DNA of 58,802 nt, filler included, from Sphacelaria rigidula (GCA_964200075.2; 7 parts of 7 records of this genome joined end to end with filler, not necessarily neighbours in it); one strand, 5' to 3'. Positions 1 through 13,392 are shown, counted from the whole stretch's first letter. Numbers and translations are program-made. The notes: generated by a model from the sequence alone, not told the origin.

Positions 1-165
1 TACTCATTTGTTGCTTGCCTTAGTCGTTCGACCATTGACCACGCATCCCCTTCGAGACGGATCACCGTTCCTACTCCTAATAGAGGCACCGCCCACATTC
101 TGGCGCTCAATACGTTCCTTCCATACATTACACAAGAGCCTCTTACATATCTTATCCACGTCCTG
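1..165 (-). mobile_element. 3' end fragment of a non-LTR (LINE-like) retroelement
   Basis: The minus strand encodes ...KRLLCNVWKERIERQNVGGASIRSRNGDPSRRGCVVNGRTTKASNK*, followed by GAGTA. Related copies that differ only in 5' extent occur at ~16119-16226, 18600-18720, 22630-22725, 40120-40186 and 50320-50389. Confidence 0.6.
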
Positions 166-197
166 TTTCGGGGAGGGGGGGGGGGGGGTGCACATGT

Positions 198-392
198 TGT
201 TCACGACGCGTCTCATCGAGACCAAGAAAAAAGCGGGAAAGGGAACAGAAAGAGTCCAAGAGCAGCACGTTGACGGGTCGCCGGGCGAGTCTATGGTTGC
301 GACGCGACGACTAGTCGACATGCTGCTCTTGGACACTTGTTTCGGTCCTCGATTCTGTTTTTTCTTGACTCGGTAAGACAGGGCCTCGAACA
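198..392. repeat. Imperfect inverted repeat (foldback/MITE-like), with a third related arm at ~700-775
   Basis: gttcacgacgcgtctcatcgagaccaagaaaaaag...gtccaagagcagcacgttgac pairs with gtcgacatgctgctcttggac...ttttttcttgactcggtaagacagggcctcgaac. Confidence 0.55.
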
Positions 393-984
393 GTTCGCGC
401 AGACTCTGCTGCACTGAGGCCGTGTCTTACAAGGGAAAAAAATCGCTTGAAAAGTGCGGCGGCAAGGATTTGTTCCTCATCTGATACGTCCATGTCATGT
501 ATGTTCTCGGATGGCTTGAAGCGCGGTTTGAAAAAATCCGGGCGCGACCGGGGGGGCAAAAACTGGAAAAGCTCAGGTTTCTCTACCGAATACATGCGAC
601 GGCAAGAACGAAAGGACACTCAAGATCTGCTTGCAGACTATCACGCCAGATGCCACCCGTTCACGGAACCATGCTAATCTCACACGATCCATTCTCGGTT
701 AGGGCGTGTCTCATCGAGATACAAAAAAGAGGAAAATGTAGTAAGAATGCAAAAGCAGCATGTTGACTAGTCGCCCAACCATAGACCCGCCCTCGGCGAT
801 CCACCAACACGTTTGCTTGTGGAAAATTTGTCACTTTTGCCGCATCTTTTTTCGTTGTCGCGATAAGACACGCATACAGCACGATTCGAGCACAGTGATA
901 CAAACACTGCAATAATTTGGAACCGACACTATTCCGTCCTCGGCATGATGTGTTCCCTTCGTAGCATATTTTTTCGTCAAGGTA

Positions 985-1366
985 GGCTATCGCTCCGGTG
1001 GCTCGGTTGGCAACCTTGGAACCTTCTGACGGTTGGGTCGTGGGTTCAAATCTCGGAGCGATCTGGAATTTTTCTCACACGATGCCCAACAGTGGGGAGC
1101 GACTATGTCGTGGATACAAGAAATTCGACCTAACGGTCGACGAGGGAAAGGGATTGCTGCACCCCTCTCGCGATGAAAAGCGAAGGCCAGCACCGCAGGA
1201 GGACGATGGGGTACTAAAAACAAAGAAAGAAAAAAGGCTCCTGTGTTGACCTTCCTCGTGTGTGGCCCCGGCTGGTGCGCCCACATATACCGAAACGTGT
1301 ACAGGGGCGGTAACCCGGCGCCCAGAATAGACGGGACAACAACGCATACACACACACACACACACA
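985..1366 (+). mobile_element. tRNA-derived SINE with (CA)n tail
   Basis: Pol III A-box-like TGGCTCGGTTGG (999-1010) and B-box GGTTCAAATC (1043-1052) lie in a tRNA-like head. The body and CA tail recur in reverse orientation at ~28605-28805 and ~41843-41975. Confidence 0.7.
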
Positions 1367-4300
1367 GGCGTCGGCGACGGAATTGCGTTGTGGGGTGGGC
1401 GACCAAATTGTGCTCACGCTCATGGACAGTACAGGCCGTACTATACAAACTACACCTTGCTCAAGTCCTTTGTGCAAAGCCTACTGCACGCACAACGTAC
1501 AGTGAGTCCTGGGCTGTCCGCAGTGCACGTTGCCCGCTTTTTGTTCACAACTAGCTGTACGAAACACATACGAGCGGAGGCCATGTCTCAGCAAATCAAT
1601 TTTCGATAAAAAAAAAAGCGCGGCGAAGAACAAAAATTCCGACCTGATAAGTCATCAGTTCAATATTGATGACGATAGTTCAAACCACGACCCATCAGAT
1701 CGGGATTTTTCTTTTCAACGCGCATTTTCGATCCAAAAATAAAATGACAAGATACGGCCTGAATTCAGACAATAGCGAGAGAGTACTGTATAGACAGCTC
1801 CGCTTCACGAATCCAGCCGTCTTTTCTCGTTTCAAAGCTTGCAAATTCGCTCGGACCCAACCCGCTCAAAACGAACGAATTCAATCGAATCAACTCTGCC
1901 GCACTCCTTGATTCGTTCGAAGCGGTCAAAAGTGAAAAAATCCAATCAGATAGGTCGTCACTCATGTCGACATCACGAGAGTTTCAGCCAAAAATACGTC
2001 AAATTGGGCTTCGCGTCGCACTCCTTGTGTGACCCCCGTGGTCAGACTGATACAACAGGTCACGAGTTCCAAACCCGACACGACAAAAACTTTTAGTGTG
2101 CACACTGATCGTGCATAATCTCTCGTATACCTGGGTCGCAAAGGATCTCGATATTTTGGTGACTGTTTTGCTCTTGGGGCGGGGGGTATAGCGCAGTTTC
2201 AAGTAATACTTCTCCCTCGTGCGGTGATACACGATACTTGGCTCGGAGGTTCTCTCCCATTATGAAGCTTATTACAAGCTTGATGCCATCTTTCAACACT
2301 ACCAGTGTGCTCTTACCTGGGCATGTGGGGGTGTGCGTGTGCCTATGCGGCGCAACGGTCTATCGTAATTCCACCGCACGAGACGTACCCGATACTCAAT
2401 GCAGTACAATAATATCATCGCCAAAACTGCGTCAATCAAGCAGCGGCGGTGCCGTTTGTTACCAGGTTAGTCTGCAGTTTACAGCAACGTGCTCAAGTCG
2501 CGCTGATTTGGGAAACTTGAGAAGTTGTAGTGCGGAGAGAAAAGGTGGGATTCACTACCTGCCCAGCTCGTTACGATTTTGACTCCCAGGAAGGGTCATC
2601 TGTTACTCTGGCATCATTCATTAATCTCGTTTCAAACAGAGAGTGACACGCAAATGACCCTCCCTGGTAGTGAAGGGATCACCTCGCAGACTACGAAGTA
2701 GTCAAATCCAGTCCATGAACAAGTATGCAAATCAATAAAAACTGGAAATACACCGAACCGTATATTTCGTTGTTTGGGGTATTTATTTCATGGCACAGGG
2801 GAAGAGCTGAGATGTTTCTGTTTGTTTACTGCTTGAAGACAAGTGCCTTGATTCGAAATGCGGACAATGTTCCTTCCCGGAAAATATCTCCGCAGGCAAA
2901 AAAAAATTGGAGAGATGACATGCTGTCCGTCACCTTAACTGTTTCGCTGAGTTTGTTTCGGGGCAGTGTACCACAATCGAAGGAGTCGAAATCGGGGGAA
3001 AGGCTATTAATAAATAGTATATTGTGTACAATACCACCGTCTGTACCAGATACACTTGCTCAAATAGACAACTGAAAGTTTCCAACAGTCTGAAATCTGT
3101 CGTTGAGGTTTTTCGAACATCACCGAGACACTACATACGAGTACACAGTACAGACAGTGTGGTACGTGCCAAGTGCATCCCCCAGTCAGTAGCTTCATTT
3201 CTCGTCAGCTCATCATCCAAGCAGACCAGAGCAACGTGACGGGCACTCTACAGTTCCTCAAAAATATACCGATTTTGAGACATCCAAACAATTCGATGGG
3301 ATGTTGTCGCACCACATGTGTTATTTGTATAGGTGACGGGCTCCGGTCAGCGTTGTACATCACCCGCACTCGACACGCTGTTCTGCTGTTTAGTGGTGAA
3401 GAAGATCCTCCACACTCCACTATCGATAGACATTAACCATCATCGCCGGAGGGTATCGCAGGTATACGCTAGCCGTGATAAACATTCGACCTCTGGCCGC
3501 TTGGGTACACCTTTCGGGCACCGCGGATTTTGACGAAATCGAGATGGGACAAACTGAAGGACCGGCAGGCGTGATACTGATCGATGCTCGTACAACGATC
3601 ATACCCCTGTCTGCACTCTGGTGTACTCGGCACGAGGGAGCTAGCCGCAGCGGCATATGGGCTGTGTTTTGTGGTCCTGCACGCCTCGAGTAGAGGTCCT
3701 ACGAGACCGGGACACCTGACAGCGTCGAATGCTCGAAGGGATTCACGGCGCCAACAGAGCATTATCATGCTCATCATGCTCATGTGGTTCGTATACCGTA
3801 GCGTTTTCACGATACAAAACTCAGTCTCCCATTTGTCCGACTCGCGCTGTGCTCGTCACGCTATACTCGCCGCAAATCATCATTATCCCGCACGTGGTGC
3901 TTGCTTGGCGTGGGTGAGTCCAAACCGTGAGAACTAGCTGCAACAAACGAAACTAGGGTAGCCAAGGTGCGCAACAAAGAATTATATAAATTCGACGAAC
4001 GGAGTACGCGTTAACATCAAGTTGAGGCAACCTTCTTCATCTAAACTTACCTCAAGTTGTAGGTCGTTCTGAAAAGGAACCAAGCTGCGGAAACCATCAT
4101 CCCGGACGTCAACAGACTGCAGTCAGTAGTACGAGTATACCGTGGGATATTCCTCGCCAGCAAGTATCATACGAAGGTCAGGAGATCAAATGCTTGATCC
4201 GTGCATAGTACTAGCGTAGTGCAGTGGTGTACCATACCCTTGCGAAAACGAAACGAGCCGGCTAGGCCCGTCTTCATTGGTAAGTAAGGCCCGCCCCACC

Positions 4301-5017
4301 CTGTTGTGATGACAGGTCAGAACAAAAAGACCGACCAATGAGATGACACACGCGATGACATGGCCACCACAAATCCGCCGACCTCCACATCAAACCTTAC
4401 CACCAGATCGCTCGTGCACCCGAACCCTGTACACTATTTGACTTCTTTCAACACGAAGATCATGCCCACGGGCCATCAATGACAATCTTCATAAGCACAG
4501 CCAGCACAAGGCTACGGAACCAGCTTTATGCTAATCGTACCCACAGTGCTGACTGCATTACTGTCTGTGGTGTGTTCTCTGAGGCTACGGGAAGCGCAGC
4601 AGTAGGTTGGTTGCTCACTTGCCGTAAATCGAAAACGGGCAAGTCTTTCAACTGGTTTTGGGAGACTACAGTTTCAAGACCGTTGAAATAACATACATGC
4701 CTACCTGGTCTCCAAAGAGTCGTAACGCACGTACATCATACCCTAATAGAGGAAACATTTACATATCATCTGTCCGAAGCTGTTCATCGATGGCGACTAT
4801 GACCTAGTAAGGCTCGCTATTTGATTGTTGCACAGCCGTACTGTACACCGATTCACCACATGATACGAGAAAGGTCCATCGGATACGGAAGAAACACTTG
4901 GGTCTTTGTGTTCTTCATTGAAGGCATGGATCTGGGCACAGGACCATGTGCTGCTTACAGGAAGTAGCCTCTCATAAATCCTGTATGACCAACACGCACA
5001 AAAAGCTCCGACCGCAC

Positions 5018-5749
5018 CTTCAAACAACTCCCGTCCGTGAAACACGAAGCCGTCTCCCGCTTGCACTCATTAGCGAAGCACCCCACATCACTGTTCTCCA
5101 TTTGTTGACCCTGTGCCGCATAGTCCTCAAACCCATCATACCCTTGCAAGTCCCGCACCGTCACGGATGAGGTTGGTTCCGCCATAGACGCGACAGCAAC
5201 CCCCTCTCCATCGCCCGCCGCAGCCGCTACACCTGCAAGTCCACCAGCCCCGGACATTCCAGCGACCAGCATTAATCCGGCCAGCATGCTGACTCCAACC
5301 CGCCTTAAGCTCTCCGCATAATCGCGAACACTAGTCTCTAGAGGTGGTGCACCCGTATCACATGCTTCGCTACCTCTACTACTGGAGCACCTTTTTCGTT
5401 CGGCTCCGAGAACGGCACGCACATCCTCGGTGTCCACAATCCCAGAGTCTCGTCGCCTGCTATGTTGTTGCTGCTCCTGCCGTCTGTCCAGCGCCATCGA
5501 CAACGAACTTTGATGGTTGACACGAGAAGAGCATGATGCTTGTGGCCTAGGCCGTACTCTCGCGCGCGCGGACGCGGTGGCTATCGCGGTAGCTGTGGTG
5601 TGCGGTGACCATGCGGGAGATGCGACAAGAGCCCGTGTATAGGGCGGGTTGGAGGTGGAAAGACCAAACGCTAGTCCTAAAGTCAACGCTTTTGATTTTG
5701 ATCGACGCGTCGCCGTGGCACCACCGGTGTTTGACTCGGAAAGCGGCAT
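5018..5749 (-). CDS. VDL: Violaxanthin de-epoxidase-like protein, exon 1 (bipartite leader plus start of the Cys-rich domain)
   Basis: YDGFEDYAAQGQQMENSDVGCFANECKRETASCFTDGSCLK matches the Cys-rich N-terminal domain of VDE/VDL proteins. The frame ends at a phase-0 donor AAG|GTGCGG (5017). Hydrophobic segments resemble a signal peptide and a lumen-targeting peptide. ATG 5749 is the likely start. Downstream exons were not identified on this contig. Confidence 0.8.
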
Positions 5750-8315
5750 CCCAGCGCGCTGATGATCGGTTTGATGGTATGTAGCTGGGGACGACACTGG
5801 CTGGGCGTGTCTTGAAGTCTGCCGCAAGGCACCGCACTGTACAGCACCAACTATCAGCAATCTGCTACCTGTGCTGTACAGAGCGGCCCAAATATGCGCA
5901 ATTGAAAAACAAGCGGCTCGAGGAGAAAAAGATGTCGTCTTCAAACAGCCTGCAAAAAAGATCAGTGTGCAACCCAGAATACAAATTATACCAGTCTTTC
6001 TTTTGATCGAAACGCCTTATTCTCAAAACACAGGGCACGGGATATTCTCCGGAGATGCGTTATGTTTCGCGCCGGTTCATGTGATTATTCTCCTTAAAAA
6101 AGACTCCAGGCTCCAGGCACGAGTCGCAGGGAACCTCGCCGTGAATGGAGGTGGAGAGCTGCCCATTGACTTGCTTTGTATCGCAAGCTTGCAAACTTGA
6201 CACCGACGTGGATGATATTGACGGTGATTCATTATCCTGGCGAGAAAAACCGCTGCGATCGGTTCACAGGCGCTCAGGATGTGACGACATGATGGGGGCG
6301 AGAGAGCGCATCGTCCTAGCCTAGGCTTTGCAGCTCTTTCCGAGATGATTGCTTCAGCGACAGATTCGGCTCAAGGTATGCGCTGTGCTGTGTGTCCAGT
6401 AGACATGCGCCTACCACGTTCTGCACTGCACGGTGTACAAGTTCGTATCACTCAATAACCAACATCAACTGGAGTTTCGGCGATTAGTTGGACTCTTCTA
6501 CTGTACTGCACAGACACCAGAGTGCTGTAGGTGAACAGCCGTGGTCCGTGTGTACACCTGAATTACTGTTCTTACTGCTTGTCAGTGCACAGCTTGTACT
6601 GTCTTCGTATAGAATGTGCTGCGCTGTACATGTTGTACCACTAACAGGGAATGCTACAAAATGAATGTTAGACCATCTTCAATGGCAGTCACCACCTATG
6701 ATTTTCACGCACGTCGGGGGGGGGAAAGGCGCCGGATCCATACATGGGGATAATTTTGTTGTAAATGAAATTATTTGCGCCAAGCGCGATTATGTCCGAG
6801 CGTTCAAGATCTACACCCAGCAAACACTCAGGACCCGTTTAAAATCAGCCGAAGAGCTAAAACATTGGACGTGTCTTGGTTCACTGTACTGCAGCACAAG
6901 CGCATTAACGTCCGCTCTTGTGTGCTGTAGCTATCACTGTCCTGTGGTGTGTTTAGATCTTGCGAAGACGGTTTCGTCTCCGCTGAGATTGCTTGATGTG
7001 CTGCATGGTTGTGTTCGTCTTTCTGTAACATATAGTATCAGGCGCATTGCTGTCTACACACTTGACTGTTGAAAACTTCATGTTACCCGAACCCATCACT
7101 TGCGCGATACCGAACATGGCTCGGTAAAGGCACACAACCAGCACCAGTATACACCGCTCGACCGGCTGGGCCAGACACCATACTCCGATGAAAGGAGCAA
7201 CGCACAGCACAGTGCGGATATACTGCACCGTCAGGGCACTGCTCGCACCCGTCAGCACGACGGCTGCTGCCGCTGGCATCGGCGCCAGCGTTCGCGGCCA
7301 CGGAAAGACACAGCCAGACATTCTAAGATGGGGATATACTGATACACGAGCATCGCGATGACCCACTGCGGCGGCAATGTACCACTCGCTGTCTGCTTGC
7401 AGCTTCGTTCCTCTGCTGCTGTTCTATCCATCCCGGCGTACACTACAGGTGTGACTCGAGCCTGCGAGCCAATCACGGCCATTTTTCACAGCATAATTCA
7501 CAAGGAAGGTCGCACTTCATTGGCGCTAGATTCCGCCGATTCCTCACTGAAGGGTCTCTGATTGGTTGAATTTCACATTTCACTATAAAAATGTATCCCC
7601 ATGTGTGGGCGTTTGTGCCGAAAAAAATCGGGGAACACATTTTATGTATCCCGATCTGGGCCGAATCGAGAGAGAAAATATCGGGGTGTCACGATTTCAT
7701 AACTATTTCCCCCGATGTTGAGGGGGTCACGGACGTACATTGACGTACGATGGTAGGGTAAGAGGCGTTTGATAATTTGCAACCGCAGCAGAAGACAGTC
7801 CCGCGACAGCGAAGGGCATGCCTGCCCGCGCCGGCTGCTAGAGCAGCTTCGCACGGCGATGTTTACATTTGGGCAATGGCGTATACCTTCTCCTATTTTG
7901 CCTAAGAAAGGTACGAAAAACGTAGTGAAACGCGAAAACAGCGAACACACAATCTAGGCTGATTTCGCTCCGAATTTTTCACGCGCCGCATTCGGGAGGG
8001 CTCCTCAGCGCCCGGGCCTCGGGAAAAAAATAGAAAAAAATATATGTTACTCGCGAGATATTGCCATGCACAGACCGACGTCTCGCCTCCATGAACCTCT
8101 TCCCCTTTCTATTAATAGGCCAAATTTCGGCCAGGCACAGGCTGAGCCGCCTAAGAAGCGGACTTTTCTTCAGCCAGGTCTAACTGACGATCTATCGCGA
8201 GTTGTGCCTATTATGACACATCGTGGTAATCTGCAAATCAACGCGCGTCTTTCACTTCTCGTAGCACGGCGATCTCACAAGTTCAGATCAAACGAAATGC
8301 CAAACTGTAGTCAGC

Positions 8316-8415
8316 NNNNNNNNNNNNNNNNNNNNNNNNNNNNNNNNNNNNNNNNNNNNTTAATTAATTAANNNNNNNNNNNNNNNNNNNNNNNNNNNNN
8401 NNNNNNNNNNNNNNN
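8316..8415. other. Artificial contig linker N44-TTAATTAATTAA-N44 (also 16731-16830, 25146-25245, 33561-33660, 41976-42075, 50390-50489)
   Basis: An identical 100-nt spacer with stops in all six frames separates contigs of 8315, 8315, 8315, 8315, 8315, 8314 and 8313 bp, i.e. a length-sorted concatenation. Confidence 0.97.
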
Positions 8416-9739
8416 CCTCATCTCGGAGTTAAACCTCAACTCGCACAATTTGCTGTTAAGGGTGTTTTCGAGTCGCCGAAACCGCCCCAAACGCGAGGTT
8501 GGGTGGTGATTTCACAATCATCGGAAGCAGCGCTAGTCTGCTTCATGCGGTTCCACATGGATTTTTTATGAATGTCTATGGACTACCGCTGTCTAGCAAC
8601 GAGACGCACTTGGCGCGCGTGGTGGCGTAAGGGTCGCAGTGTAATGCGACGCGGGTAGTGAAGGCGGCAGGATCAACGAACACTTTACCACCGACGAGGT
8701 CAGGGCCATGTTCACATAACGTGAATTGGTCAGGATTAGTCGGACTGACCGTGAAAACGGATGGCGGGTGATCCGCGGGGGGTTCAAAGGTATCGGTAGA
8801 CAGCGTGGGGGTCTGGTCCGATCGTGAAGGGCAGCGTGAATCAGGATTTTGATCAATCTCGTAGATGACTAGCTTGGAAGTACAAGGGTCATAATTAAAA
8901 ATAGATTGCTGCAAAGTGTCACTGGAGCCATCAGGGGAGGAAGCGGTACCGTCTGAAAGGTCCGATTTGGATTCCTCTTGGATGCCTGGCAATGTCATCG
9001 AGCTCAACGTCGCCGCTTTTTGGGGAGAATGAGGTCGGAATTTTCCGCTGACGGGAGGGGGGCGTGTCAATGCTCGCGCGATCTTGGGGGCATGACGACG
9101 AGGCTTCCTCTCGTGCCGTGACAAACGGCTGGGAACTTCCAAAACTTCTTGGGAAACTGCAACTACGTCCAGTTGAGGTGATGTTGTCAGCATCGGGGCA
9201 TGCTTGGCCGAAACTTGTGGACTGTCCGCTGGCAAGCTCGGTACAAAGGGCACTGCTAAATGTGAAAGGGGACGAGTGTTGTCCGCTGAATGTCGGGGTA
9301 GCTTCGCGGCAGAAGGGTGACGCGAAGATCAACTGCTATCAGGCTGGGTAGGAGTCGAGGGGTTTAAAGTGGTCACTTTCGAACCATCAACACCAGAACC
9401 AGTCGAAGGAACTCTGCTACAACCGGTGCGTGCGGTTGTTGAGGGAAGCCTGTGCCTCAAGGGTCCGCGGTCGGCTTTCCCACACCTCAGATTTATACTT
9501 AGTTCCGGAGGACCAAGTCCGGAGCCAAGCATAGAGCTGGGTGGTGAATCAACACAACGGTTACGCTGTGTGTATGAAGATAAAGACGGGGGTCGAGAAG
9601 AACGGCCGTCATTAGATCTCCTACAGAGTGTGGAAAAGTTCGGGTGAGAACGTTTTGTCACCCAAGCGGCGGTGGGTGTTGGGTGAGTCTTCGATTCTAC
9701 TATCGGCGGCGCCGAAGACTTCACGCCGTCGTCGGCGTG

Positions 9740-12700
9740 TCATGGGTCGTTGCGATCCGTCATGAAAGAGCCAGGGTTTCTGGCATTGGGGTTTGAGTTG
9801 TCGTGAGTTGCCCCCGTTCGCTGGTGATGACCATGCGAAGACTTAGAAGGGCGGAAAGAACTATCTCTATGGCAAGTACCTGAGACGGTGTTGGTGGTGT
9901 CGCGGCGGTCGCGATTCGAGCGAGAGTCGCTATGATTGTGGTAAGGCTGGCGATGGTAGCGAGACGGTTTACGATACTCGCGCATGCGTTTTTGCCATCG
10001 ACGCCACGCCGGCCCGTTGCTCTGAAGTTCAGGATTCATGAGCGAAAAAGTATTAATGCAAGGTTCAGGGCAGTCACGCATACTGTGGCCAGTACCATTG
10101 CAGTCGATGCATGTGTTAGCATGGCGACGAAAAGCATCCTTGCGAGCCGGAGGCGAAAGCAAGGGGGTCCACAAATGTGGGTCATCCGTGATGAAAGCAG
10201 TTGTGGAAACGACATAAACGTCCACGAAAGTATCTGCCGGATAAGGCCAAGCATCGAAGATCCACCGACAGAATTGGGTGTCCAAGTATTACAGGACGAA
10301 GTGTGAGTGCGTCCACGAGACCCGGAGGTACTCGTGGATGCGGCACGCAAGGTCTGCGAAGACCCAGAAGAACACTGTGTGCCACGAATGGCACGCGTTG
10401 AATTATGTTCTTGATCTACAAACGCAGTCCACATCGCGTCTACGGAGGCGTAAGGCACCTCTTCGTGCGCCAAAGCGCCCGGAAACAGAGACGGCATCAG
10501 CGTTGGAAATTGCTGAGCGACACTACTGCGAACATATGTCTGACACATAAGGTCACTAGGGCCATTCTGTCGGACAGCACCAGTTACACTAGACACCAAA
10601 AGCTTGAATTCGCGTAGGTAGTCAGCAAAGGGCACGTCTGCTGCCACGGCGAAGGAACTGAGGCGCTCGATGGCGCCTGCCTGATTATACTTATCGAAAT
10701 AACTTATGATGCGCCTTTCCAAACTGTCGAATAGTAGCGGCGCTGTTTGCCCGCCGGCACAATCTTGATCCATTGCTTCGAAGAAGGAGTCGAGAATCTG
10801 TGTCAAGGAAGCAGCGACGTCAGGGGAGCGACGGCTGATTGAGCGATGCAAAACCTTGTGTAATGGGGTTTGCCATCCATCAATCCAATCAGAGTCTTCG
10901 AAACATTGTTGTCCAGTGGCATCGGCCAACTCAAGGATGTTGCGCATCGTTCGACGCATTGAGGAAATGAGAGCGGATGCAGCAGGCATGGTTTTGATAT
11001 GCCAGAGTTTCTTAACATCCATCTGTAAGTACTCACACTTGATCGCAGCGACACGAGATGCCTCTCTACGAGTATCGGAAGCGGCTTTATCAGCGGCAGC
11101 TTGTTGGTTAGCTGCGGCGGCGGCAGCTAATGATCGAGCCGAGGTAGAAGACAATGGGCGAGCCGAATTGTCTTTATCACTATCAGTAAAACCTAGAAGG
11201 CGAGCAGACGCATCAGCTAAAGGAGGCGTTACTTGCCTGACGGCCGGTGAGGGCCGTGCGGATCGCGTCAAAGTGTACTGACGGTGTCTGGTTGTAGACG
11301 AGGAGGAACACTGGTTGTCAGAACGTTCATGGCTGCCCCGGGTCGTACGGTGACCGTTGGTGTTCTTGCGGTTGGTCCCCTACCCGCGGCGTGGTTCGGT
11401 GCCGGGCAGGTCGTCGTCGAAATCGTCGTCACGACGGTGGTGGGAGGGGTGCGGTGTGATCCAAGCATAAGCATCGTCGTGAGGTAGCGTGTTATGGGCG
11501 GCACGCATGGCAGTGAAAAGGGCGGCGACGGCGGTCTCGTAAGCGGGGCGATTGTCCCCGGTACCAATTGTGAGGGAGGGTATGAGGCGTTCTATGGTGA
11601 GGGCGACCGGATCGTTGTTCGGCAGTTTTCCCCCTTGCTGAAGGAAAGGGACGATCACAATGTTGATGGGCAGAGTGAGCGAACGCCAAGCCTGCTCGGA
11701 GGCGCGGAGAACATTGTTGCGATGGTACTTGCCCGACAGTTGGCGTAGCGTCCAAGAAAGCCAAGAACGTTCGCTGCCCTGAAGGCGGAGCCCAGGTGTG
11801 AGGGCAGAAGGCGCCGAGGTCTGAGGGACCTACGGTGGTGCTGGCGGGGTGCGCGCAGGCGAGGCTGTAGGAGCCGAAGCAGCAGCGTATGGGCGCGAGG
11901 GCTGGCGGGTCTCCGCCGAGCCTGAATCGGCAGAAGAAGGTGCAGGCGCTGGCTCTGTCGGCGTGGTCCTCAGAACAGGAAGATGGTGCTCATGTTCCAA
12001 AGAGCGTCGGGCCGTGGTGGCAGCGGCCGTGGCCGTTGCACATTGACGCAAACGGTATTCATCGCGCCGGATGGAGTCGCGCATTCCGTCGAGCGCTGTG
12101 AGGCGTTCAGTTAAAGTCTGTTGAGCCGCCCGCTGGCGGCTCGTCGCCGAGTCGACTGTCTGGCCTTGGCGCGTTAGACGTGCCGTGAAGTCGTCATGAA
12201 GGATAGTAGGAGCAGTGGCCTCCGCCAATTGGCGGGGTGAGGGCGGCGCAGGGGGCGTGGCCAGTTGAAATGCCTGGTATTCAGCGAGTATTTGCTCTTG
12301 ATCTGAGCGGGGACCACGCAACCAGAGCCGGGGTAGGAGGCCCGGCGGGCAATGCTCGACGCCCAACAGGGGGCGGTCGTCCGTGAGAGACCCTGGTGTA
12401 GGCGCCAGAGCCGAACCCGTGGCAGTAGAATCCTGCGGCGAAGTGTCCGATCCCGCATCAGTGGCCGATATGGGGGTGTCATCCGTGGCCGCCGTGTTGG
12501 GAGCGGCAGTCGCTGCCGCGCTGGGGGCGGGGGGCGTGACACGGATGCCCTCAGCATCTGTGTCGATGTCTGCAGCCGCAGGAGGTGAAGTGACCGCGAT
12601 AGAAGCGATGGTCGAAGGTACCTGGGTGTGAGCCATGGTGGAAGCAGATCGCAGGTATCGACGAAGATCTGCAATTTGTCGTTCCACCGCACGTATAGTG

Positions 12701-13356
12701 GCAGCATCAGGGTAGGGCGAAAGGGCACGGTTAGTGCTGCGTTCGTCTCGCAAAGGTGCGTGAATATCAGGCAACGAGGCATCTACGGGCAATCGTGAAC
12801 TTACATGGGTCCGATCGACATATTTAGGTCGTGAGGATCCCGTGGTTGATGATAATCCCGATAACAGAACACGTACGTCATGGACATGAGTAGTAGCATC
12901 GTCATGTTGAGTAATGTCGTCGCCATCCAAATCGAAATCAGAGGGAACATCTAAGGTCGAACGTGCATCATCAAAGCCTGCATGCGCGGGGACAGAGGCC
13001 CGTTGGTTCGTACTATTGTCAAAGCGAACATGATCTGAAGACGTTGAATGTTGAACGGCTGTGTAAAACGCGGCCGCAAGCGCTTGTGAAAGAGCAGTTG
13101 TCGCCGGTCCGTCAGAAATGACAGCCGGTGAGGAACGGAGCAAGTGCTCAAGAGGCGTAACTAAAGGCAAATGCCCTGTGGTAGGCTCTGCTGAGCGGCC
13201 AAGACGCGAGGAGGATGTTCGGCGCGAGGGCTGGTGGACAGAAGTGTCCTCACGAGGCACAACAGAGCGAGCGCGTAGCGACTCGTCGATCATGTTGGAA
13301 CTCCGAGACGGTGTGCGTTTCACAACAGAGCGAGCGCGTAGCCACTCGTCGATCAT
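9740..13356 (-). pseudogene. gag: gag (about 1,200 codons once stops and frameshift are bridged)
   Basis: Ser/Pro/Ala/Thr-rich N-terminus, a coiled-coil-like stretch, a capsid-like domain (AIERLSSFAVAADVPFADYLREFKLLVSSV) and a CCHC knuckle. In-frame stops at 11830-11832 and 11380-11382; frameshift near 10290. Confidence 0.7.
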
Positions 13357-13363
13357 GTTGGAA
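13258..13363. repeat. 43-bp direct repeat with 63-bp period at the gag start
   Basis: cacaacagagcgagcgcgtagc(g/c)actcgtcgatcatgttggaa occurs at 13258-13300 and 13321-13363. Confidence 0.9.
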
Positions 13364-13379
13364 GTCTTGGACAGTGGCG

Positions 13380-13392
13380 GTCGTGGTCACCA
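13380..13392 (-). promoter_or_regulatory. Candidate primer-binding site (tRNA-Trp-like)
   Basis: Minus-strand TGGTGACCACGAC sits just upstream of gag and resembles the TGGTGACCCCGAC tRNA-Trp PBS of many Ty3/Gypsy elements. No canonical ..CA LTR end directly precedes it. Confidence 0.35.

Larger units (their letters stand above)
8520..13392 (-). mobile_element. Degenerate Ty3/Gypsy-type LTR retrotransposon, 5' half (gag, zinc knuckle, protease start)
   Basis: ORFs 11830-13356, 11380-11658 and 10036-11271 share one frame broken by two TAGs and end in a capsid-like region. After a frameshift, ORFs 9740-10285 (CIDCNGTGHSMRDC CCHC knuckle), 9329-9724 and 8576-9253 share a second frame ending in the aspartic protease motif LLDSGSP. 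Confidence 0.8.

Noticed and set aside
985-1065. tRNA gene
   Set aside because: It has A/B boxes but no convincing cloverleaf, and it continues into a dispersed repeat with a CA tail, so it is a SINE head.
8360-8371. Regularly spaced TTAATTAATTAA motif as a biological signal
   Set aside because: It is an assembly linker inside N runs.
8576-11832. RIP-like or methylation-driven C-to-T bias from several TAG/TGA stops
   Set aside because: Transition-derived stops must arise from CAG, CAA, CGA or TGG, so this is ascertainment bias. Testing it needs a multi-copy alignment.
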